This document shows positions 25,068 to 39,506 of a stretch of DNA of 64,000 nucleotides, in pieces. The notes beneath the pieces were generated by a model. The model made no database searches. It saw only the letters and a program-made list of their open reading frames with translations, and was not told the DNA's origin. This stretch comes from Eledone cirrhosa (lineage: Eukaryota), in contig OZ024743.1 of NCBI GenBank assembly GCA_964016885.1, forward strand, positions 94,426,001 through 94,490,000, in the 5' to 3' direction. Each line of letters starts with the position of its first letter. Position 1 is the stretch's first letter. The translations under genes and the position numbers were made by a program.

Positions 25068-27949
25068 TGTTTAGGAGGAGTAGTAGTAGCAGAATAAGTA
25101 GCTTTTTTAAAAATAGAAATTGGGTTCAGAATGAAACGTATTTTGCGCTGCTGAGTTTTGATTGGTCCAAATGGCTATGGTGGTGTGTGGGGGACGGTGG
25201 AGGGGAAATGGCAGATTAATATTGATAAGATGACTGGAGAGTGCCTTTAAAATAAGACTGAGGGGAAAAAGGAACTAGACTCCATGTGACTGAAATTGGG
25301 GATAAAGAGAGTGGAAAAGACAATATCTGAAGACCGGTGGAAAAACAGATCGAGAAAATAGAATATTTACTGACTAACAATTAGAATCTACTAATTCTCA
25401 TTTAACCATCCAAATTCTCTAATTAATATTTAATGATCAGAATTCTCTAATTCATATTTAACCATCAGATTTCTCTAATTTATATTTGACCATCAGAATT
25501 CTCTAATTCATATTTAACCATCAGAATTATCTAATTCTCATTTAACAATCAGAATTCTCTAATTCATATTTAACCATCAGAATTCTCTAATTCATATTTA
25601 GCCATCAGAATTCTCTAATTCATATTTAACCATCATGATTCTCTAATTCATATTTAACCATCAGTATTCTCTAATTTATATTTAACCATCAGAATTAAGT
25701 AAATAAACAAACATAAATTAACATTATTGTCTCGAAAATGTTGACGAAGCGTGAGTGTATTTGAAATTCATAGAAATAATTAGAAAACTGAACACAAGAA
25801 TAGATGTTAAAACAGTAAAATGCCGTCAATAATAGCATGTAAGTCGGGTAAAAATACCCCAAAGGCCAGTGGTCGGTGAAGAGAAAAGAAAAGCTGCAAG
25901 GTGGGTGATAGGCAGATGAAATATAGAAAAGATTGAGAGAAGAGGAGAAGAAGTGTGTTGACACATATAAATGATAGGAGGTGTGTTGTCACGTAGAAGT
26001 GATAGGAATAAATAAATAAAGGAAGACATTGAATGATACAAATTCACACACACACAAATCTGCCTTATCAGCTCTCAAATAGGGAAGTTGTTTCGCGCGA
26101 TTTAATCGAGAGGACCACATAAATTTGCCGGCTAGTGCAACAGAAAATATATATTTCTGCTGGAATGATGTGCGCGCGATAAGACGAACAGAACCAACAG
26201 ACAGGCAGATCAGAGAGCAAAGTAAAACGTGTCCTGTCGGTATTAAGACGCCGCTAGAAGGGACAGTAAAAGCCCTTCTTTCTTCCTATCACTTCTACGT
26301 GCCAACACACCTCCTTCTCCTCTTTCAGTCTTTTCTATATTTCATCTGCCAATCACTCACCACGCAGATTTACTTTTCTCTTTACCGACCACTGGTCACT
26401 GATCTGTCCTTTGAATTATTTTTACCCTTCTTAATACTGATGGCTAATCTTGTGTTGATTTTTCTATGAATTTCAAACTTAATTACTCTCGGGTTTCGAA
26501 TAATCGTACCCCGCTTTTATTAATTTTTCAGATTTTTTTCCAACACCCCTGTTCTTACTCCACCCCCCACTCCTGCGTATTAAATTTATTTTACTAATCT
26601 ATCTCCGGTGAAATTTTATTTTAAGTGGTAGCATTCCTGTGACAATTAATTTTCTTTATAGATTAAAAAAACATTATACATGACAAAAAAGTACATTACT
26701 AGAAATCCTATACGTTATTAAATAAATAGGATGGGTTGGAAGTCTCAATATGTAAACTAAATGACTAATTCTGGTCTTTAAAAATCAACGGAAACAACCT
26801 AAAAAAATTACCGATTTTCCACCCCGCCCCCTCCCATCTTATTCGAACTCCTCCGCTTATTCCAACCCTCCACTTATTCCACCAACCTATTATTTGGGAC
26901 CCAAGAGTAGTTCATATTTAGCAACCAGAAATAGCTAATTTTTATTTAACAATTAGAAATAGCCAATTCACATTTAATAATCTCAATTAATTAATTAACA
27001 TTTAACAATCCGAATTAATTAATTCACATTTAACAATTCGGATTAATTAATTCACAATTTAACAATTCGGATTAATTAATTCACATTTAACAATTCGGAT
27101 TAATTAATTCACATTTAATAATCTCAATTAATTAACATTTAACAATCCGAAATAATTAATTCACCTTTAACGATTCGGATTAGTTAATTCACATTTAACA
27201 ATTCGGATTAGTTAACTTACATTTAACAATCCGGATTAGTTAATTCACATTTAACAATTCGGATTAGTTAATTCACAGTTAACAATTAAAATCCACCCAT
27301 TCACATTTAACAACAACAAAGTAACAAACAACTTCAACTGCATGTCTAAACATACATATCATAACATAAACTTTTATTATCCCGTACAGAATCTAAAATC
27401 TTGGGTGCAACTGCTCTATTATATGATGTGGATTGACAGTATCGGTAGAGGGTCCGACCCCATGCTTTGTAGCATAGAGTTACGGCCTTTGCCATTCTGA
27501 GTTCAAATCCCGCCGAGGTTAACTTTGCCTTTCATCCTTACGAAGTCGATAAAATAAAGTACCAGTAATGCACTGGGTATTTGAGGGTCTTGTGCCCAAA
27601 GTAGAAACAATTATATGATTGAACCTCTGTCGGTTCCGACGTTGAGTGTTCCTGTTGTTCGATCAACAGAACAGACTGCTCGTGAAATTAACGTACGTGC
27701 AAGTGGCTGGTTATTCAGCATGCACCTATTCGCAAATCTCAGCGGGATTTAGCGTGACACAGTGTGGGACATGGTTGGCTTTTTTAATTATAGGTTCAAT
27801 GAGTCAAACATCCTAACCACTAAGCCACATACCTTTTCACTGCAATATAATGATAATGATAAAGAAAATCTGTGTAAAGAAAATTTCTTAAAGAAGAAAG
27901 CATTATTTACTGTGAGAAAAAATCCTGTCCGCAAAACAGGCCTTTCAAT

Positions 27950-30036
27950 TCATCAGTTGAGTTCCCAATCATTCCATATAAAACATTATTAAGACACCGA
28001 TAATTATTGGAAAAATGCAAAACGGAAAGTTCACATAAAAATGGCGACAATTCATTAATTGATAAGTAGAAGAACTGTGATCTTTATATCAAAGACAATA
28101 TCTAGACAATCCTCAACCTCATTTCGACATTAAATCGTAAGTTCAAACTTATTGCAGGCATTCAACAAGCGAACACAATTTTATTAAAGAATTTTCTGGC
28201 GTGGTACTTAATACTCCAGGATAAATTATGAGACATTGTAAAATATGTGGTTATGGCTATTTTGGAAAAGCGGGTACAATGCAAGTTAGAAATACAAGAG
28301 GGAAACTAGAGTAGAGTAAGAAAAACAAAACAACAACAGTTTATTCGTTTACTTTGTTCTTCATCCACTTTCGAGGTTTTACTTCTTTTCAAAAGAAAAG
28401 AAATGGCGTTTGGAGTTGACAACGAGCGGTGCTTTTCTTGCGAACAGTGTAGTTAATATGTAACATTGTGAGAAATGTGCTTAGTGTTTTTTGGGGAAAA
28501 CCAGTACAATGCATCTTTATAAAATTAAGGTTAATGAAACAAAAAAACAGTTTACACATTTACTTTGTATCTCGTGATATTTCCAAATTAGGACCTCTTT
28601 TGAAAATGAAACAAAATGAAGCGCAATGTTGAAGACGAGGGAACACTCGATTTCTTTCCTTTTGAAAAAGAAATCTAAATTACAAAATAGCACAAAATAT
28701 AAGGTGGCGAATCAACAGATGTTAGAAGGTTGGGTATTGTGTTATGAACTGTTTATTCCGGCTCTCTGCTCTCTAAGTTCAAATCCCGTCGAGGTAAACT
28801 TTGTCATTCATCCTTTCGAGATCAATAAAGAAAGTACAGTTTAGTATTGGGTTCGATTCTTCTTCTTTATCCCTTTCTCACTCCTTCTCTTTATCACTCT
28901 CTATCCTTCTCTGGAAGAAATCTGCTGTTGACCTGGAGAGGAGATAATCTCTGTCAGGTTTAGAAATGCCTCAAGAAACGCCGTCAATATGGTGTCCCTA
29001 CCAGTTCATCAGGAGTTACGGGTCCATACCATAAGGTAGACGTGTCATATGTTGTCTTATTTTGTTTGTCTTACTTTCTATTCCTTCCCTCATTGCCACT
29101 CACATCAATAGATTCTTTTTAAAGAGGATCATAAACGTTTGTCGCTGCAAAAGAACAACGAAATATGTTTATCATTCGGCTTATCATTTCATATTGATTA
29201 AACTTTAAAAGTCAAGGTGCTGAATCTGGTTTTCTTGAAAGGAAAATAAATGGTTGAGATTTAGATAAGGGCTTCTGTGAAAGAACAAAACAAAACAAGC
29301 AAAAAAAAAAAAAAAAAAAAAAAAAAGCGGTGAAAGTTTATATAGAATGGGAGCGGAGAAAACCCCAACCCTAACCCTACCAGACACAACCCCGTCTACA
29401 AAAACCTCATGAAGTAATTCCTACTGGATAAAACCCTCTGGGATAACATCTATACTCCTTCTGGACAAAAACTCGTTGCTGCTGCTGCTGTTGGTGTTGT
29501 TGATAGTGGTGATGATGGCGATGGTGGCGAAAGCAGTATTATTCTTATTGTTGTAGTTGTCGTTGCTGATGGTGGTGGTGGTGGTGTCGTTTGTTTAAAC
29601 ATTGTTGTAAATAATGCTATTTTCTGTCAGAATATCATTATTTATTTTGTCGTTTTAAATTCTTTTCTCACGAAATAATTATCATCTGCTGAGAAATTAA
29701 TTTGTTTTATTGTTATTTTCCCTGCCTGTAAAAACGTGTTTGGTTCAATTTATTTGCAGTGGTTTTATAGAAAGGCGGAAGTTTCTGTTTCTTTTTACGT
29801 CATATTTTGTTATCTTATAAGTGAAATAAGGAAACCTTTCGAAAACGGAGGTCTTAACCCTTCAAATGAAGGGAAACAACGCAAGCAATGGAATTCCTAA
29901 CTCTTTTTCTAGGGGTTTAACTTTAAACAATGATCTCCACTTACATTTATTTGGTAAACAAAAAAAATAAAATATAATAAAACGCAATATTAACAAAGCC
30001 AGGCCGTCTCAAGCACAACAAAAACAACAGCAACAA

Positions 30037-30073
<37 letters not shown>

Positions 30074-32660
30074 GGTTTCATTTATTGGCTACGAGGGCCG
30101 ACATATAGGGGAGGATACAATAGACAGGGACAGTGGGGCTTTACATATATAACGTGTGAAAATATAAATAACAATAACAAAATATCAAGAAAAATACAAC
30201 AATGAAAAATTCCCCAATAGGGGGGATAACCACCCAGGGTTGACTCAGGGACCCCACCAATCCTGAACCACCCGACGCCTCGAAGGCACCCGGGAAAGGC
30301 ACCCCCTCTCCTCCTCAAATTAACCAGCCAACAGGCACATGGTCAGAATAGGCTCACTCACATGGGCCATTCTCACCTTTTAACCATATGTACTGTGGGG
30401 CAGCACTTCGCTCCCCACCCTCAACTTCCTTTCCAGGTGAAACTTGAAGAAGTTGATGAGGGATTGGCCGCAGAGAAAAGTGTCTGTCTTCAGTCATTTC
30501 AACCTTGTCCACCATACAAACCTCTTTCGCAACTGCCACCAGGCAGAGGAAACTTCAATCAGTTGAGTTCCCAATCATTCCATGTAAAACATTATTAAGA
30601 CACCGATAATTATTGGAAAAATGCAAAACAGCGAAAGTTCACATAAAAATGGCGACAATTCATTAATTGATAAGTAGAAGAACTGTGATCTTTATATCAA
30701 AGACAATATCTAGACAATCCTCAACCTCATTTCGACATTAAATCGTAAGTTCAAACTTATTGCAGGCATTCAACAAGCGAACACAATTTTATTAAAGAAT
30801 TTTCTGGCGTGGTACTTAATACTCCAGGATAAATTATGAGACATTGTAAAATATGTGGTTATGGCTATTTTAGAAAAGTGGGTACAATGCAAGTTAGAAA
30901 TACAAGAGGGAAACTAGAGTAGAGTAAGAAAAACAAAACAACAACAGTTTATTCGTTTACTTTGTTCTTCATCCACTTTCGAGGTTTTACTTCTTTTCAA
31001 AAGAAAAGAAATGGCATTTGGAGTTGACAACGAGCGGTGCTTTTCTTGCGAACAGTGTAGTTAATATGTAACATTGTAAGAAATGTGCTTAGTGTTTTTT
31101 GGGGAAAACCAGTACAATGCATCTTTATAAAATTAAGGTTAATGAAACAAAAAAACAGTTTACACATTTACTTTGTATCTCGTGATATTTCCAAATTAGG
31201 ACCTCTTTTGAAAATGAAACAAAATGAAGCGCAATGTTGAAGACGAGGGAACACTCGATTTCTTTCCTTTTGAAAAAGAAATCTAAATTACGAAATAGCA
31301 CAAAATATAAGGTGACGAATCGACAGATGTTAAAAGGTCGGGTATTGTGTTATGTACTGTTTATTCCGGCTCTCTGCTCTCTAAGTTCAAATCCCGTCGA
31401 GGTAAACTTTGTCATTCATCCTTTCGAGATCAATAAAGAAAGTACAGTTTAGTATTGGGTTCGATTCTTCTTCTTTATCACTTTCTCACTCCTTCTCTTT
31501 ATCACTCTCTATCCTTCTCTGGAAGAAATCTGCTGTTGACCTGGAGAGGAGATAATCTCTGTCAGGTTTAGAAATGCCTCAAGAAACGCCGTCAATATGG
31601 TGTCCCTACCAGTTCATCAGGAGTTACGGGTCCATACCATAAGGTGGACGTGTAAACTGTTGTCTTATTTTGTTTGTCTTACTTTCTATTCCTTCCCTCA
31701 TTGCTACTCACATCAATAGATTCTTTTTAAAGAGGATCATAAACGTTTGTCGCTGCAAAAGAACAACGAAATATGTTTATCATTCGGTTTATCATTTCAT
31801 ATTGATTAAACTTTAAAAGTCAAGGTGCTGAATCTGGTTTTCTTGAAAGGAAAATAAATGGTTGAGATTTAGATAAGGGCTTCTGTGAAAAAACAAAACA
31901 AAACAAGCAAAACAAAAAAACAAAACAAAACAAAAAAAAAACGGTGAAAGTTTATATAGAATGGGAGACAGAGAAAACCCCAACCCTAACCCTACCAGAC
32001 ACAACCCCGTCTACAAAAACCTCATGATGTAATTCCTACTGGATAAAACCCTCTGGGATAACATCTATACTCCTTCTGGACAAAAACTCGTTGCTGCTGC
32101 TGCTGTTAGTGTTGTTGATAGTGGTGATGATGGCGATGGTGGCGAAAGCAGTATTATTCTTATTGTTGTAGTTGTCGTTGGTGATGGTGGTGGTGGTGGT
32201 GGTGGTGGTGTCGTTTGTTTAAACATTGTTGTAAATAATGCTATTTTCTGTCAGAATATCATTATTTATTTTGTCTTTTTAAATTCTTTTCTCACGAAAT
32301 AATTATCATCTGCTGAGAAATTAATTTGTTTTATTGTTATTTTCCCTGCCTGTAAAAACGTGTTTGGTTCAATTTATTTGCAGTGGTTTTATAGAAAGGC
32401 GGAAGTTTCTGTTTCTTTTTACGTCATATTTTGTTATCTTATAAGTGAAATAAGGAAACCTTTCGAAAACGGAGGTCTTAACCCTTCAAATGAAGGGAAA
32501 CAACGCAAGCAATGGAATTCCTAACTCTTTTTCTAGGGGTTTAACTTTAAACAATGATCTCCACTTACATTTATTTGGTAAACAAAAAAAATAAAATATA
32601 ATAAAACGCAATATTAACAAAGCCAGGCCGTCTCAAGCACAACAAAAACAACAGCAACAA

Positions 32661-32727
<67 letters not shown>

Positions 32728-33208
32728 GGTTTCATTTATTGGCTACGAGGGCCGACATATAGGGGAGGATACAATAGACAGGGACAGTGAGGCTTTACAT
32801 ATATAACGTGTGAAAATATAAATAACAATAACAAAATATCAAGAAAAATACAACAATGAAAAATTCCCCAATAGGGGGGATAACCACCCAGGGTTGACTC
32901 AGGGACCCCACCAATCCTGAACCACCCGACGCCTCGAAGGCACCCGGGAAAGGCACCCCCTCTCCTCCTCAAATTAACCAGCCAACAGGCACATGGTCAG
33001 AATAGGCTCACTCACATGGGCCATTCTCACCTTTTAACCATATGTACTGTGGGGCAGCACTTCTCTCCCCACCCTCAACTTCCTTTCCAGGTGAAACTTG
33101 AAGAAGTTGATGAGGGATTGGCCGCAGAGAAAAGTGTCTGTCTTCAGTCATTTCAACCTTGTCCACCATACAACCTCTTTCGCAACTGCCACCAGGCAAA
33201 GGAAACTT
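27950..33208. repeat. ~2.6-kb tandem duplication (about 27950-30555 and 30556-33208)
   Basis: Paired ORFs 28626/31234 and 30082/32736; junction GGAAACTTCAATCAGTTGAG. Confidence 0.9.
30078..30555 (-). mobile_element. 3' fragment of an L1/Tx1-like LINE (also about 32732-33208, 58880-59357 and 61562-62038)
   Basis: Frameshifted C-terminal peptide LVAVAKEV.WWTRLK...SLINFFKFHL, then a 3' UTR ending in AATAAA next to (TAG)n; clade assignment is from memory. Confidence 0.45.
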
Positions 33209-34159
33209 GCATGTCCTTTATAGTAATGGTTTAATTTATTGCCATAAGTGCCGACGTATATGGGACAATACAATAGACGGAGACAGTGGGGTTCCATATA
33301 ATATAATAATAATTGTTTCTACTTTAGGCAAAAGGCCAGTAATTTCAGGGAAGGGATAAGCCGACTATGTCAATCCCAGTGTGTTACTGGTACTTTATTT
33401 CATCGCAGTAGGTTGAAACATTACTACAGTTTTATCGAGGCTAATAGTTAATCGATCACTAATAATAATAATTGATGATAATAATTTTTTATTTATTGGC
33501 CACAATGCCGAAATATGTAAGACAATACAAAAAACAAAGACAGTGGGGAATTACAAAAAAAAAAAAAAAATGAAAAAATTTAAACCATGTAAACAAATAA
33601 AACAGATGTCAATAAATATTGAATAACAATAAAAATTCCTCAATAGGGGGAGCACACCCCAGGGCTAACAAGAATGTTTGTGAAATACAACTTGTACCTT
33701 AGGTAGGAGTGATGAAGCTACGATATGATGTGTATTGCACAAACGTTCTCACTTTTTAGAACATTTTATTTCTCCTCTAAAAAGAGACAACGTACAATTA
33801 TATCTATATATCAATATCTGTATATAGATATTGATTATGTGAATTGTTTCATAACATTTCAAATAATTGGATGTATAACTTCCTTGAAACACGTGGAAGG
33901 AAATAAATATGATTTAAAAGATAAAATAAGTTGTTTTCATCAATAAGCTTGTATTTATGTATTTATGTGCGCTGTATTTATGTCTACATCTCCAAATCTT
34001 TCTCTCTGAAAGTTTCTTTCTTTCAAACCTATATAACATATAAACAAATCAAGGTAATTTTGAAAAGACATGGCAATTATATATTATATATAATTCTCTA
34101 AGGTCCTTTGAGCATTGTATATATAGTTTTATTTTGCTAATATAATATAATATAATATA

Positions 34160-34881
34160 ATATTTTATATATATATATATATTGTTTAGCTCTGGTTTTT
34201 TAACTATTGGAGCGCTTGCCAGCATTTTTACGATTTTGCGTTTCGTTTCGCTTTTTCTACCAGCCGAAATACGATTCTCGCTGAATTATATTTGTATTAA
34301 TCTCCCGAGTCTTACAAATAACCTGTTAATAATTATATTGACAGATTAATTGCATAAGCTTTTTTTAAAAACTACCCGGTTGAGTGCTTATTCGATTTGT
34401 GCTATCTATGCAATTTTTTGTATGATATACACATACTGAATTCCTTTGCCCAAATCTGGGGAATTTTCCCCTTGTGACTTACGCATGTGCCTTTACTATG
34501 CTCTGCGTCACTCGCAAAGTTGGTTACAGAGCAAAATTACCTGTTGATAACGTGATATTCCTTGTTCGATCTTTATGCTGAAAGCTTATAGTTTTAAGCA
34601 GAATAGTATTATTGTCATAGAAACCCTGCATTTGGATTTTACCACCAGTTTCATTTGGGTCCAGGTTTTTATCATTTATTTTGTTTGACCTGTTTAGCTT
34701 GTTTTTTGGCTTCGGTGGTTAATGCCTTCTTAACCACTTTTTCAGTTTGTATGGCGTTTTAACATATTGTTTAGCTCTAGTTTTTTAACTATTGAGTGCT
34801 TGCCAGCGTTTCTACGATTTTGCGTTTCGTTTCGCTTTTTCTACCATCCGAAATACGATTCTCGCTGAATTATATTTGTAT
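34160..34881. mobile_element. ~720-bp non-coding element with ~135-bp direct terminal repeats between TA tracts (copy about 63010-63720)
   Basis: 34160-34297 matches 34764-34881 (TATTGTTTAGCTCT...CGCTGAATTATATTTGTAT). Confidence 0.65.
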
Positions 34882-34889
34882 ATATATAT

Positions 34890-35510
34890 ATATATTGTTA
34901 TACTGGGGGTGGGGGGTCATATTGTTGTAATAATATTGCCAGAAATAATAACAGAACACACTCACTGTTTGGTTGGTTTTCGCTTCTGTATCTTTTATAT
35001 TTCCATAGTTAATTTATTTGGTCCTCAATGTTTATCACTGACTGACCAGCGGTCAAAAATACATATATATATATATAGTCTAACAACGTTCTTTCGTTGC
35101 ACATTTGCAACATCATCAGTGGTACTATTATCATGTTTACCCTGCTGTATTGTATGTATTGTAATGTCTACGCCATTTTTATTTTGGTTTTTATTTTTGT
35201 TTACACGGTTTAAATAAAAATGGCATAGACATTACAATACATACAATACAGCCGGGGAAACATGATAATAGTACCACTGATGATGTTGCAGATGTGCAAC
35301 GAAAGAACGTTGTTAGACTATATATATATATATATATATATATCTGTAATTTTGACCGCTGGTCAGTCAGTGATAAACATTGAGGACCAAATAAATTAAC
35401 TATGGAAATATAAAAGATACAGAAGCGAAAACCAACCAAACAGTGAGTGTGTTCTGCTATTATTTCTGGCAATATTATTATTACAACAATATGACCCCCA
35501 CCCTCAGTAT

Positions 35511-35520
<10 letters not shown>
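34890..35520. repeat. Large palindrome of two inverted family-A PLE termini (~295-310-bp arms, ~27-bp spacer), each with a hammerhead-like core (35081-35124 minus, 35272-35315 plus)
   Basis: 34890-35184 is the reverse complement of 35212-35520; plus arm reads TACCA CTGATGA t GTTGCA gatg TGCAAC GAAA GAAC GT TGTTA. Confidence 0.9.
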
Positions 35521-35596
<76 letters not shown>

Positions 35597-36264
35597 TAAT
35601 AATAAATACAAAGACCAAAATAAAAAGAGTGTCGATGAGGGCTGTATATATATAATATATATATAGTATATATAAACCCTTATACATATATATGTATATG
35701 GGTGTGTGTTTGTATATATATATATATATAGACACAGACACGTGTGTGTGTACTTAACGCTGTATTGAGAATAGAGGAAACTAATTATTGTAATCAACGG
35801 TTGCATTGTAACATTGAGGGTGGGGGTTAATTAAAAACGATGTTAAACACGTGAGCATGAGTGGTTTACTATTTTAAATAGGCCATAAGTAGTTTTTCTT
35901 ATTTCAATTACTTCTCTGCAAATTTCCCAAGAAGAATGTGTGGAGGATGCACAAGAAAAGAAACAATTATTGTAAAACTAAAAGTTACACAATTTCACTA
36001 TCTACCAACTTGAATAACCTGTTTAACATCTTGCAGCAAATATGCATCACAATGTATTTAATTTATGAAACTGAGAGTTCCAGAATCAACTACTTTACAT
36101 TATGGAAATCCACTGCACGTGTTATAGCGAATGAAATGGTGACTAAACAAAGTAAGTACAACGTGAACAATTGTTAGAACATATGTCAATATGTCAACGC
36201 TAAATAATCACTAATTAAAACAATAGCTATTGAATTAATAAATATCTCATAGATTCTATTTCTC

Positions 36265-36351
36265 TCTATATATATTGCAATTATTACGAATTCATATCAC
36301 TCTATCAAGCTACATTGTTCTGGAAGTGTTAAGAACCAACTGAAGGTAAGA
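36265..36351 (+). promoter_or_regulatory. Candidate TATA/initiator and short non-coding first exon of the tyrosinase gene (donor AAG|GTAAGA at 36345/36346)
   Basis: TATATATA near 36267, TCACTC about 30 bp downstream, strong donor; a strong acceptor lies 2 nt before the ATG (38142-38143). Confidence 0.4.
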
Positions 36352-36899
36352 GTCTTACTGTAATATGACAAGTTCATACAGCAATATCATAACTGAAGTT
36401 CTAATTTATACAACACCATCTCCATGTCTTACTACTGTCAAGACATTATGAAGTTATTGCTATTTAAATCAATTCACAGATGTTTCTGGGTACCTTTGAT
36501 TTAACTTACATTACGCTTGGTTAAATATATACCAGTAATATACTACAATAGGTCCAATAATTTAAAACAACGCTCTTTACAGAACTGACTGGATTCCCAA
36601 GAGAGACGTTAGCAATTGTAAACGACCCCACAATAGAGACAAAATGGCTAATTATTTTGAAATAATTTCGTGAGGATTGTAGAGATAATTCAAATAACTC
36701 CGATATTTTCTTCATAAACATCACTCAATCTTATCTCCTTTCTCCCACCTCAAAAGACTCCAAAAAATTGTAATAGTAACAGCAAACAAAAATATAATAA
36801 TCGTCTCACTAAATCATCACTGAAGAAATCTAGCAATCTGCTTGGTAATCGTTATTTCCGTTTCCGGTAGAGTACGAAACTTTATGAACATATTTTTTC

Positions 36900-37470
36900 C
36901 ATTTCTCTCTCTGTTCATTGTCATTTTATTGAGTTCTTTCCATGATTTGGATTAAGACCATTTTAGGAAATGGTGTCTCCAGCTATCAGTGAGGCGTCTT
37001 CATTTTCGCTTTTCATGTACTATATGCTCCAAGCAGATTTTAGGGTCTGATCTCTTCATATACATTGGAGCGTCCTAATTTCTCTTTCAAGATATAATAT
37101 CCTTTTCAGAAAGAGTTTTGGGAGACAACAAATAGAAAATTTGACGTAGCAAAACAACTTGAGAGAATTGCTATCAAAAACTGCTCATTGTTGTATCATT
37201 TCTCGTAGATGTACAATAATATTTTAACTCTGTCTGTTAGGCGTTTACCAGTAATAAATCTCATGACATGGTTTTGAAATACTTCAATTTTCGAAGTTTG
37301 TTTTGCAGACCAAGTAACAAAATTTAATACATAAATAGGTAGAGGGAGAATGTCAGTGTTATATATCTTAATTTTGAATTGATATTCGATTAGACAGGGT
37401 ATTTCTTTAAACTCGCCTCAATTAGAACCATTGAAACCAATATTTACCAAGATCAACTCGTTCTTTCCAG
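36900..37470 (-). pseudogene. Highly degenerate LINE fragment (boundaries approximate)
   Basis: Minus-strand peptide KIEVFQNHVMRFITG near 37247-37291 resembles an RTE-type C-terminal region. Confidence 0.35.
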
Positions 37471-37859
37471 CATTTATTGAAATTATTATTGTGTAAATGG
37501 ATGAGTTCAAATCCCGCCCAGGTTAGTTTTAGTGTAAGCCATAAAAAGAAGCAAATATGTGAGTTGAATCCCATAAGTGTGCGTCTTTTGAGCTCTTAAC
37601 TCCTGGTGGAGTCTCGTCGTTACATTCACTTTAAACCTGGCAGAGCCCATCTCTCTCTAGGTCTGAACATAACCGACTTCTTCTAGAGAAATAGAGAGGA
37701 GGTAGAGAATCGATCCTTGTATTGAACTGACACTTTGTTTTATCAAATTTGGAAGAATGAAAGGCAAAGTTGATTTCGATGAGGATTGAGCTAATGATCT
37801 CAAGAGCTGGAACAAATACTGCACACACAAACATAAACGTAAACATAGATACGGAGATA

Positions 37860-37939
<80 letters not shown>

Positions 37940-38145
37940 CTCTCTCTCTGACACACACAAACAAACAAACATATAGACAGACAGACACACTGTAATTTCT
38001 GTCTACCAAATTTCACTAGTAGAAAACACTTGCTCGAAGCACCACACAGAGTGACAGAGCCTAGAACTACGTGGTTGCAAAGTAGACTCCTTAACAGCCA
38101 TGCTTTCGTCTGAATGATGTTTTACATTTTCTTATATTTTCAGCA

Positions 38146-38514
38146 ATGAATCGTCTGTACCTAGCATTCATCATATTGCTGGCTTTTGTTTACGTGAAGT
38201 CAGATATACAGTATTATGTTCCAGAAATAGGTAGCTATGTTCCAGACTGTTTTAATAATGTATGCAAATCGACAAATCCACCAATTGAAAAGAAGGCCAA
38301 TATATGGAAATATTGCATAGGTCAGCTCCAAATGGCGAAAATATGTCCTAATTGGACAACAAACTATCTAAATTATAATCTACCAACCGATGAACCAAAA
38401 ACAGAACAACCAAATCCTATGATAATGCTCCGAGTAAGGAAGGAATATAGACAACTCAGTGAACAAGAAAGATATGATTTCCACCGTAGTATTCATCTTC
38501 TAAAACAAGATACG
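38146..38514 (+). CDS. Tyrosinase coding exon 1 (signal peptide to RKEYR...LLKQDT)
   Basis: Acceptor TTTTCAG at 38143, ATG at 38146, donor ACG|GTAAGG. Confidence 0.9.
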
Positions 38515-39434
38515 GTAAGGTTCTATTTTTTTATATGAATATTATTGAGAGAAGTTCAGAGTACTGACAGACTTTGATATTTTACTAAACTAGTATCATG
38601 ACTTTACTTCGTTAACGAAGATTTATGAAAGGGGCTGTCCACATCTATCGTAGGCTCGCTGGTAACTGGCGAGAAAAACGTAAGATAGGCAAACACGACT
38701 AAAGCAAGAGTAAGTCTAATTTTGTTCTTGTTTCAGTGTTACCATACTACATTTCTTCCCCGGACTTTTGTCTTCGTCAACAGTCCTCCATTCATTCTCG
38801 AAGGAGGAAATTGACAGATGGTATGTCACCAGATCACCTGATCAGAGGACATATCACACCTCTGGTGGTGATCAATATGACATGCTTAAAGAGATTTCTT
38901 TAGAGAACCCTTGTACGTTTTCTGCGGATCCCTCTGTTTCAGTGGAAAATGAAGAGTTCGCCATGCAGCGATGATGATTTTCTATTCGGGAAACATGCAT
39001 TGGTGCTCTCTGTCTCTTCAAGAACTTCAATGCTGGTAACAAAATCGCTCTATCACTCCAGCAGATGTTGAGGATGCTGCGAAGTGAGAAATCTAGTATA
39101 TTATCTACATATAGATACTTTCGTGAGTGGAAGTGGATTATTCATAGCAGATCAATTTAATACACGCTAGTAAAGTATGTGAGTTACGGGGTCATTTGCA
39201 TTGTAACGTGCCGGCTACAGAGCTATATACTCAATAACCTTCTGTTCAGACAGTCTTTATATTTGATCAAGTGTTTACTTGTACAATATCATTTATATTT
39301 GATAAAGTGTTTACTTGTACAAGAGCAAAGAGAAAAGACGTGTTGCTGTTGTGTATAAGTTGATAGTGATACAAGTTTTAAAAAGAAAAAAATCACTATA
39401 TATTCATATATATGTACACTTACGAGAGAAGTAG

Positions 39435-39506
<72 letters not shown>

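Noticed and set aside
29360-29470. CCCTAACCCTA as telomeric repeat
   Set aside because: Fewer than two full units; probably part of an unclassified small repeat.
38768-38974. 68-aa ORF in tyrosinase intron 1 as an extra exon
   Set aside because: Exons 1 and 2 already join in frame with typical tyrosinase spacing; the segment looks like decayed repeat.
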